Positions 26,331 to 32,000 of a DNA stretch of 32,000 nucleotides are shown here, piece after piece. Below the pieces are notes generated by a model that did no database searches, had not been told where the DNA came from, and saw nothing but the letters and a program-made list of their open reading frames with translations. The stretch is from Acinetobacter wanghuae. Lineage in GTDB: Bacteria > Pseudomonadota > Gammaproteobacteria > Pseudomonadales > Moraxellaceae. Numbering within the stretch: the stretch's first letter is position 1; every line of letters begins with the position of its first letter. The position numbers and the translations under genes are program-made. The DNA is taken from contig NZ_CP045650.1 in NCBI RefSeq assembly GCF_009557235.1, forward strand, positions 90,001 through 122,000, read 5' to 3'.

Positions 26331-26359
26331 AAAAAGCCTGACAGATGTCAGGCTTTTTT
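26331..26359. terminator. bidirectional intrinsic terminator (DUF2147 gene / yffB-like gene)
   Basis: AAAAAGCCTGAC-agat-GTCAGGCTTTTT. Confidence 0.85.
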
Positions 26360-26387
26360 ATATGTACTTTATACAGATGTGTATGAT

Positions 26388-26738
26388 TTAAGCTTGAATG
26401 GCGCGAATTGCGTTTTCATCAAAACCCGCCAAAAATCCTTGCGTGGTTTGAATAATCGGACGTTTAATTAAGCTGGTATGTGTTGTTAATGCGGCAATCA
26501 GCGCATCTTCACTTGAAAGCGCTTGTGCTTGTTCTTCAGGGCTGAGTTTGCGCCATGTTGTACCTTTTTTATTCAGTACCATATCCTGTCCTAAAGCATC
26601 TAGCCAAGTCTTCACTGTCGCGCTATCAATACTTTGTTTTTTATAGTCATGAAACTCATAGCTGAGACCCAATTCCGTCAATAGATCGAAGGCTTTTTTC
26701 ATCGAGTTACAGTTTTTAATGCCATACACTTTGAGCAT
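26388..26738 (-). CDS. yffB: ArsC/Spx/MgsR-family protein, YffB-like
   Basis: 116 aa. It begins MLKVYGIKNCNSMKKA (single-Cys YffB type) and contains GTTWRKL and LIKRPII. Confidence 0.8.
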   Translation of the reverse strand: MLKVYGIKNCNSMKKAFDLLTELGLSYEFHDYKKQSIDSATVKTWLDALGQDMVLNKKGTTWRKLSPEEQAQALSSEDALIAALTTHTSLIKRPIIQTTQGFLAGFDENAIRAIQA

Positions 26739-26930
26739 ATCAACAACCTAAAAAAATACTTATGAATGTATGAAGCTTAGCGAAATTTTAAGCTTGCGAC
26801 TATGCTTTTTGCAGCGTATAGAATTAAAAGAAAATGAAAGCATTTTTCAGTCATTTGATTGTCATAAAAGAACGATAAAATAAGTTCGATTGAAAAGATA
26901 AGTACAATAAAAGCGTTGTTCTAAATGTAG

Positions 26931-27095
26931 AAAACCCGCATTTAATCATCCTGATCATGCGGGTCTCAACTTAACGTCCAATGTTACATCCTTGAAAAAC
27001 CAATTCATCGTGAGTCGGTTTTTGTATTCATCCTACGGCGTCCAATCCTTTTGTGTCATCCTGACATGTCCTTGTGCCGTGCGCCAATAATGCGC
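26931..27095 (-). ncRNA. candidate CsrA/RsmA-sequestering sRNA (CsrB/RsmY/RsmZ-like)
   Basis: The minus strand carries eight GGA triplets within 123 nt, four of them as AGGAUG. Some can be placed in short hairpin loops. The RNA ends in the stem ACCCGCAU/AUGCGGGU plus UUUU (26931-26964), whose loop also contains AGGAUG. A possible -10 element, TATATC, lies at 27102-27097. The 5' end is approximate. No long ORF is present. Confidence 0.6.
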
Positions 27096-27153
27096 TGATA
27101 TAAGCATGATTTAAATCTACAAATGCGTCTTGTGATGTAAGCCATTGACTGTA

Positions 27154-27179
27154 ATTGAGTGAACAATCGTTCACTCAAT
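27154..27179. promoter_or_regulatory. perfect 11+11 bp palindrome between the xthA stop and the candidate sRNA promoter
   Basis: ATTGAGTGAAC-aatc-GTTCACTCAAT. No U-tract follows on the minus strand, so it is a poor intrinsic terminator. Its centre lies roughly 70-75 bp upstream of the guessed sRNA start. Confidence 0.4.
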
Positions 27180-27209
27180 ATATACATTCTATTGAACGTG
27201 CTATTTCAC

Positions 27210-28028
27210 TTAAAGTTTATAATCAATGATGACCGGTGCATGGTCGCTAAACCACGTTTCTTTATAGACCCAAGCATTGACAGTGCGCGCTTTCCAATCT
27301 GGCGAGCAGGCTTGGTAATCAATACGCCAACCGACGTTTTTTGCACGAGCTTGCCCACGGTTTGACCACCATGAATAGACTTCAGCATCTTTACGAACTT
27401 CACGGAACGTATCGACATAGCCTAAATCATCGTAGATATGATCGAGCCATGCACGCTCATGTGGCAAGCAGCCTGACGCTTTTTGATTGCCTGACCAATT
27501 TTTAATATCAATGCGTTTATGCACAATGTTGTAGTCACCGCAGACAATCACGGATTTATCTTCATCACGCCATTGTTTTAAGATTTTCTTATATTCATCG
27601 AGGAAGTGATCTTTACGTGCTTGCGCTTCATCACCTGATGAACCCGATGGTAAGTAAAGAGAGCAAATATGCGCAGTTTTTTCTAAACCTACATCAAATT
27701 CTGCGGAGATAAAACGACCTTGAGAATCTGCTAGTTCAAAACCTAAACCATCCGTTACAGACACAAATGGTAAACGGCTATAAATAGCAGTGCCTGCATA
27801 ACCCGGCTTTTCAGCAGGGAATAGGTGGGTGTACCAGCCTTCAGGCTTAAATTTATCGGTCCATTGTTCATGGTTAATACGAGACTCTTGCATGCAGATG
27901 ACATCGGCATCTGAAGTTGCCATCCAGTCAAAAATCCCTTTTTTTTCAGCGGAACGCAGACCATTTACGTTGATTGATACGACACGTAAAATTTTTTGAT
28001 CACTTGGATAGCTACTCTTTGGTATCAT
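27210..28028 (-). CDS. xthA: exodeoxyribonuclease III
   Basis: EEP-family nuclease with [27 protein letters not shown] and WFSDHAPV. I prefer the ATG at 28028 (MIPKSS..., 273 aa) over the tracked start at 28070, which would overlap pyrE. Confidence 0.9.
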   Translation of the reverse strand: MIPKSSYPSDQKILRVVSINVNGLRSAEKKGIFDWMATSDADVICMQESRINHEQWTDKFKPEGWYTHLFPAEKPGYAGTAIYSRLPFVSVTDGLGFELADSQGRFISAEFDVGLEKTAHICSLYLPSGSSGDEAQARKDHFLDEYKKILKQWRDEDKSVIVCGDYNIVHKRIDIKNWSGNQKASGCLPHERAWLDHIYDDLGYVDTFREVRKDAEVYSWWSNRGQARAKNVGWRIDYQACSPDWKARTVNAWVYKETWFSDHAPVIIDYKL

Positions 28029-28068
28029 GCTCAGGTTTAACCTCAAACTTAAAAAAATGGAGCACCTC

Positions 28069-28719
28069 ATGACAGCGCAAGCGGCTTTTAATCCACAAGC
28101 TTTTATCGAACTCGCATTATCACGTGGTGTGCTTAAATTTGGTGAGTTTACTTTAAAATCGGGTCGTGTGAGTCCTTATTTTTTCAATGCTGGTTTGTTG
28201 AATGACGGCGAAGCCTTGACTGGCTTGGCATCTGGCTATGCGGCAAAATTAACAGAATGCGATAACGTTGAAGTAATTTTTGGCCCTGCGTATAAAGGTA
28301 TTCCATTTGTTGCGGCAACTGCTGTAGCGTTGTCTCAAAATCATGGCATGAGTGTACCTTGGGGATTTAACCGTAAAGAAGCCAAAGATCATGGTGAAGG
28401 CGGTGTTCTTGTTGGTGCTGCGGTTGAAGGTAAAAAAGTGTGGATCATTGATGATGTGATTACTGCCGGTACTGCAATTCGTGAAGTCGTCACCATTTTG
28501 AAAAATGCAGGCGCGCAAATTGCAGGTGTGTTGGTTGCGTTAGACCGCCAAGAAAAAGGTCAAGGCGAATTGTCTGCCATTCAAGAAGTTCAAAAAGAAT
28601 TAGAAATTCCTGTGCATGCTTTAATTACCATGAAAGATTTGATGGATTATTTAGATGCCAAAGGCGATAAAGATGCTTTAGCGAAAATGGAAGCGTATCG
28701 TGTGAATTACGGCATCTAA
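28069..28719 (+). CDS. pyrE: orotate phosphoribosyltransferase
   Basis: [19 protein letters not shown] and the PRPP loop [16 protein letters not shown] at 28069 after a TGGAG RBS gives 216 aa (the tracked ORF opens at 28027). Confidence 0.92.
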   Translation: MTAQAAFNPQAFIELALSRGVLKFGEFTLKSGRVSPYFFNAGLLNDGEALTGLASGYAAKLTECDNVEVIFGPAYKGIPFVAATAVALSQNHGMSVPWGFNRKEAKDHGEGGVLVGAAVEGKKVWIIDDVITAGTAIREVVTILKNAGAQIAGVLVALDRQEKGQGELSAIQEVQKELEIPVHALITMKDLMDYLDAKGDKDALAKMEAYRVNYGI

Positions 28720-28747
28720 AATTTAATACAAGATATTGATTTTTAAT

Positions 28748-28779
28748 AAAGCTCTATCCATGATAGGGCTTTATTTTTA
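28748..28779 (+). terminator. intrinsic terminator of pyrE
   Basis: AAAGCTCTAT-ccatg-ATAGGGCTTT (10-bp stem with one G.U pair) followed by ATTTTTAT. Confidence 0.75.
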
Positions 28780-28790
28780 TAAATGATTTT

Positions 28791-29630
28791 ATGGACAAAA
28801 CAATAATAGATTTCTTAAAATCTCATATCTCTGAGCAAACGACTCTAACGGATTGGCTATCTGTAATTATATATGCTTTTACATTAGCGGTTGCTTCGTG
28901 GGCTGCTTGGACTGCGAAAAGAGCATTAGCTGAAAATCAAAAAATTACGAGAGTGCATACAGACCCCTTCATAATAGTCAAACTTGACCATATGGTTGAA
29001 TCTATAAATTGGTTTCGATTAAAAATTGCTAATGAGAGTTTAGGGCATGCTTTCAAAATTAAAATAGAAATAAAAAATAAAAATTCTAGAAAATACAGTC
29101 TTTTGGCTGATAAGATTTTATCACGGATCAACACTCCTAATTTCATGATTAGAGGAGTAAATCATTTATCTCCTTCAGAACAAAAATTCAGTAACTTTTT
29201 TACTATGGATAAAGTAATAGAACAGGATCAGCGAAATACAGACATGTTTTTTAATTTAAATTTTGAGGTAACTGTTACTTATCAAAATAAAAATAAGAAA
29301 AATTTTTGTGATGTATATATTTTAGATTTTTCTGAATTTAAGGATGTGGAACGTATAACATCAAAGAGTGTATATGACAGGCATTTAGATGAATTTAAAA
29401 AGATAAATAAAAATTTAAGTGATTTAAAATCAGAGCAAATTAAATTTAAAAATGAATATGAAAAAGCGAACAGAGGGTGGACTGAAACAGAATTAAGAGA
29501 AAAGGTGAGCTATTTTGATAAGCAAAGAGTTATTCGTAAAGCATTAAATCAAGTACAACCCGATGATTTGGTTGACAGAAGAGTTTTACCTAGAGAGTCT
29601 ATTCAAAAAATACGAAGGAAAAATAAATAG
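28791..29630 (+). CDS. hypothetical membrane-anchored protein, very AT-rich orphan
   Basis: 279 aa with one N-terminal TM helix (WLSVIIYAFTLAVASWAAWTA). A Lys/Asn-rich beta-type region follows, then a charged helical tail. Hand counts of two 100-nt stretches gave 27 and 16 G+C, against 47 in a pyrE stretch. There is no SD sequence; TATAAA lies about 9 nt before the ATG. Confidence 0.55.
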   Translation: MDKTIIDFLKSHISEQTTLTDWLSVIIYAFTLAVASWAAWTAKRALAENQKITRVHTDPFIIVKLDHMVESINWFRLKIANESLGHAFKIKIEIKNKNSRKYSLLADKILSRINTPNFMIRGVNHLSPSEQKFSNFFTMDKVIEQDQRNTDMFFNLNFEVTVTYQNKNKKNFCDVYILDFSEFKDVERITSKSVYDRHLDEFKKINKNLSDLKSEQIKFKNEYEKANRGWTETELREKVSYFDKQRVIRKALNQVQPDDLVDRRVLPRESIQKIRRKNK

Positions 29631-29682
29631 CATAGTGTATCGAGGAGGTAGCATACGCCAAATCATCTCTAAGAATAGCTCA

Positions 29683-29709
29683 ACCCTTCTTTTTCGATGG
29701 AAGAAGGGT
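29683..29709. terminator. shared hairpin between the orphan gene and the convergent desaturase gene
   Basis: ACCCTTCTT-tttcgatgg-AAGAAGGGT, a 9-bp perfect stem. Confidence 0.55.
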
Positions 29710-29714
29710 GTGTT

Positions 29715-30701
29715 TTACGAAGCTGCTTTAGTAGCCAAAGACCGAATCACATCTCTATAACTTGGTGGAGAATCGACATAATTACGTTCACGTAACATGT
29801 TATGCATCTTAGCTAAATGCTGATGTGGTACAGATGCCATCAAATGATGCTCAATATGGTAATTGACATGAATCGGGGCAACAAAAGCACGTGCAATCCA
29901 TCCTGCTCGCGTGGTACGCGTATTGGTCAAAGCAGAAGTACTCTTTTCTAAACCTGCATGCTCTGCCATTGCTCGAATACGAAGAAACAACGGGAAAGGT
30001 GTGATATATGCCAAAGGCCATAATAAATATAATTTCGGATGACCTGCTGCCTTTAATGCAGAAAATAAAACTGCATTGGTCAACAGCATTCCTGCGCTGT
30101 TTTTAACCAAGTTCTTTGCCAAATCCAAATGGCTGCGCTCATCTTTTGGAATCGGTTTTGGATCATTAGAGACACTCCATTCTAATAGTTCCAAATCCAT
30201 TAGCACGCGACCAAATAAAAACTTAATTCCCGATTGCCCTGTTAAGTCACGTAAAAATTTACGATATAAAGAGCTGGGTGTAATTGGAAAGTTTTTGACT
30301 AGTCCTAAATCAGGATCATCTGCTTGTGAAGTACGAGCATGGTGTTTTAAATGATAAGGTCGATAATGCCCAACATCATTCCAAATGGGGCGGGCACAGA
30401 GCCAATCGGTTAAATGCGTATTCAGCCATTTACTTTTAAACAAACTATGGTGTGCTGCATCGTGCATTAAAATGGCTAAAGCCAATTGCCGACCTGCTAA
30501 AATTGCTAAAGCCACTGCACACATGAGTAATTTTCCCCACCACGGTAAATACTGCCAACTATAGGCAACCGTACCAAAGGTCATGCCAATCACTGCCCAC
30601 GTCGAAGCGACAGACCATGCGCCATGTAAATCGGATGCTGTGGTCAGCTCGCGAATTTCCTCACGGCTAAACAGTTCAGTGACACTGACTTTGCTATTCA
30701 T
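29715..30701 (-). CDS. membrane fatty-acid desaturase family protein
   Basis: 328 aa with three His boxes (HDAAHH, HLKHH, HIEHH) and hydrophobic helices. Confidence 0.85.
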   Translation of the reverse strand: MNSKVSVTELFSREEIRELTTASDLHGAWSVASTWAVIGMTFGTVAYSWQYLPWWGKLLMCAVALAILAGRQLALAILMHDAAHHSLFKSKWLNTHLTDWLCARPIWNDVGHYRPYHLKHHARTSQADDPDLGLVKNFPITPSSLYRKFLRDLTGQSGIKFLFGRVLMDLELLEWSVSNDPKPIPKDERSHLDLAKNLVKNSAGMLLTNAVLFSALKAAGHPKLYLLWPLAYITPFPLFLRIRAMAEHAGLEKSTSALTNTRTTRAGWIARAFVAPIHVNYHIEHHLMASVPHQHLAKMHNMLRERNYVDSPPSYRDVIRSLATKAAS

Positions 30702-30854
30702 TGTTATTATCCATTATTTACTTTTATCAGTTTAGATTAGCAGAGAACTGTGGCAAACCGATTGGCTTGAATTTAAAGATTTACAAAAAAGCTAAAACCT
30801 GTAGGTCTATTTCAACGACATAAAATTATCTAAAAATATGAGGTTAAAGTATAT

Positions 30855-30876
30855 AAAAAAGGAAGCCAAAGCTTCC
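30855..30876. terminator. intrinsic terminator after the NmrA-like gene
   Basis: AAAAAA-GGAAGC-caaa-GCTTCC-TATTTTA. On the minus strand the stem is followed by UUUUUU. Confidence 0.75.
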
Positions 30877-30894
30877 TATTTTATTGGGTATTCA

Positions 30895-31509
30895 TTAATA
30901 ACCGACAGTAAAACGCTGTTGAATATGATTGTTATGTTCTAACTCATCGGCAAGTGCAACGGCAAAGTCTTCGGCAGAAATTTTACTGCCATCTGAACCA
31001 ACTAGGAGTTCATCTTTACCTGTACGGAATTCACCTGTGCGTTTACCTGGTGCAAATTCAGCAGAAGGGGAGATAAACGTCCAGTCCACATCATCCGCCT
31101 GTTTCAAGCTTTCTAAAAATTGCACACCTGCTTCGGCTTCAAGCTTATATTCTTCAGGAAAATCTTCACTGTCTAAGACACGAACATTTTGATTCGGTAA
31201 ATTTAAACTTCCAGCACCGCCCACGACAATATAACGCTTTACTTTAGACTCACGTATTGCCTGAATAAGACCATTGGCATTTAAACCTTGGAAACGTACC
31301 GAACTGACCACGGCATCTTGACCTTTCAGTTCTGTAACTAAAGCTTCTTGGTCATTTAAGTCTAGATCGACGGTGAGAACACGCTCAGTGTCTGCTAATT
31401 TATGTGTATTACGCGCAATTGCTTTGACGTAATGACCACGGGAAACCAGTTCCTCTAAAATACGTGAACCTGCCATTCCTGTTGCACCAATTAAAGCAAT
31501 TTTCATCAT
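30895..31509 (-). CDS. NAD(P)H-binding (NmrA-like / atypical SDR) protein
   Basis: Rossmann motif KIALIGATGMAGSRI. About 200 aa. The start is probably one of the two ATGs at 31509/31506, after GAGGG, rather than 31518. Confidence 0.8.
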   Translation of the reverse strand: MMKIALIGATGMAGSRILEELVSRGHYVKAIARNTHKLADTERVLTVDLDLNDQEALVTELKGQDAVVSSVRFQGLNANGLIQAIRESKVKRYIVVGGAGSLNLPNQNVRVLDSEDFPEEYKLEAEAGVQFLESLKQADDVDWTFISPSAEFAPGKRTGEFRTGKDELLVGSDGSKISAEDFAVALADELEHNNHIQQRFTVGY

Positions 31510-31829
31510 AACCCTCATTTACTAATTCATCTCGTCAGGTTCAATTGCGAATACTGGACGGATGAGTATATTTATAAAATTTCATTAAATACTTTAGAGC
31601 TTATTGGGGCTTTGCACTGTTAGCTTTTTATAGTCCTATTGAGAGCCAATCAGAATAGGTGTGTACGAAATATTTTACGGATCTTGGGTTTATGTAAATT
31701 AAGCTTGGTTTATTTTGAGCGAGCTGCGATGTTCTTTACACACAATGAACCCAAATATAGAAAGCAGCCTATTGCTATTTTTTATATGTATAATATTTTT
31801 GAATAAATAATAAACACAATAGGATAACT

Positions 31830-32000
31830 ATGGATGTATTAACGCGTTTTATCATTGAAGTGGTGATTGCACTTGGGGTAAGTGGGATTACAGCTTATGT
31901 GATCACGACTGTTTTAAGAGACTTATTGGTCGATTTATGTGGCGATTTGACCCGAGCTAGATTTTGGGCACGCTTTACCATCATTATGTTGTTTTTAACG
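31830..32000 (+). CDS. hypothetical membrane protein, N-terminal part only (runs off the right edge)
   Basis: The ATG at 31830 opens MDVLTRFIIEVVIALGVSGITAYVITTVLRDLLVDLCGDLTRARFWARFTIIMLFLT..., a hydrophobic open frame that reaches the window end. Confidence 0.45.
   Translation, partial: MDVLTRFIIEVVIALGVSGITAYVITTVLRDLLVDLCGDLTRARFWARFTIIMLFLT

Noticed and set aside
27133-27152. Canonical GacA box (TGTAAG-N6-CTTACA) upstream of the sRNA candidate
   Set aside because: Only one half-site (CTTACA) is exact. The other half (TACAGT / TTACAG) matches poorly. I therefore do not call a GacA box and mention it only as a weak lead next to the stronger palindrome.
27159-27418. ORFs 27159..27365 (+) and 27206..27418 (-) near the xthA 3' end
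   Set aside because: Both overlap the 3' end of xthA in other frames or on the other strand. The plus-strand ORF starts inside the palindrome region and has no RBS. xthA explains the region.
29563-29760. ORF 29563..29760 (+), spanning the end of the orphan gene, the shared hairpin and the desaturase 3' end
   Set aside because: It crosses a terminator hairpin and overlaps two better-supported genes. No RBS. It is most likely spurious.
31519-31829. Inverted repeats in the right-hand spacer (CCTATT...AATAGG; TTGGGTT-N57-AACCCAA)
   Set aside because: The stems are short (6-7 bp) and AT-rich or widely spaced, no U-tracts follow, and they do not recur elsewhere in the window. This is not enough to call an RNA or a mobile-element end.
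1-32000. Search for CRISPR arrays, tRNA/rRNA genes, IS elements, integrases or prophage modules
   Set aside because: I saw no regularly spaced direct repeats, no tRNA-like T-arm (GGTTCGAAT-type) sequences, and no transposase- or integrase-like ORFs in the six-frame track. The only foreign-looking DNA is the AT-rich single-gene block at 28.8-29.6 kb, which has no flanking repeats that I could find.

Overview
The segment looks chromosomal and Acinetobacter-like (Moraxellaceae). That is an inference from ParE and other protein sequences, gene order, and a hand-sampled G+C of roughly 40-47% in core genes. It holds about 30 genes, mostly core functions.

Gene content, left to right:
- yqiA-parE.
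- A long minus-strand short-chain-amide/urea utilisation cluster: urtABCDE-like ABC importer, aliphatic amidase amiE, amiB-like AAA+ ATPase, formamidase fmdA, zinc-ribbon fmdB.
- Divergent from that cluster, a two-component system. Its hybrid histidine kinase carries an NCS1 (purine-cytosine permease-like) 12-TM input domain plus a Cys-rich insert.
- A PLD-family (HxK) nuclease-like orphan, a secreted TPR-like protein, a Tsx/OmpK porin, an HPF/RaiA-family protein, an ankyrin-like protein, a beta-barrel OMP and dsbD.
- A GGDEF cyclase, an HSL-type esterase, a DUF2147 protein, a yffB-like ArsC-family protein, xthA and pyrE.
- A very AT-rich membrane-anchored orphan, a fatty-acid desaturase and an NmrA-like reductase.

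I saw no rRNA, tRNA, CRISPR array, transposase or integrase.

The strongest unannotated signal is in the 470-bp yffB-xthA spacer. Its minus strand encodes a ~160-nt RNA with eight GGA motifs, four of them as AGGAUG. It ends in an intrinsic terminator whose loop also presents GGA. This is a CsrB/RsmY/RsmZ-type CsrA-sponge sRNA candidate, and a perfect 11+11 bp palindrome lies upstream of it.

Other leads:
- The permease-kinase 'transceptor' next to the amidase cluster, with shared CGTATATG operator-like repeats.
- Internal terminators that split the amide cluster into modules.
- Two low-GC orphan genes (the PLD nuclease-like protein and the TM-anchored 279-aa protein). They could be single-gene defence or accessory functions, but no neighbouring genes support that.

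All family calls rest on motif recognition by eye; no database search was run.
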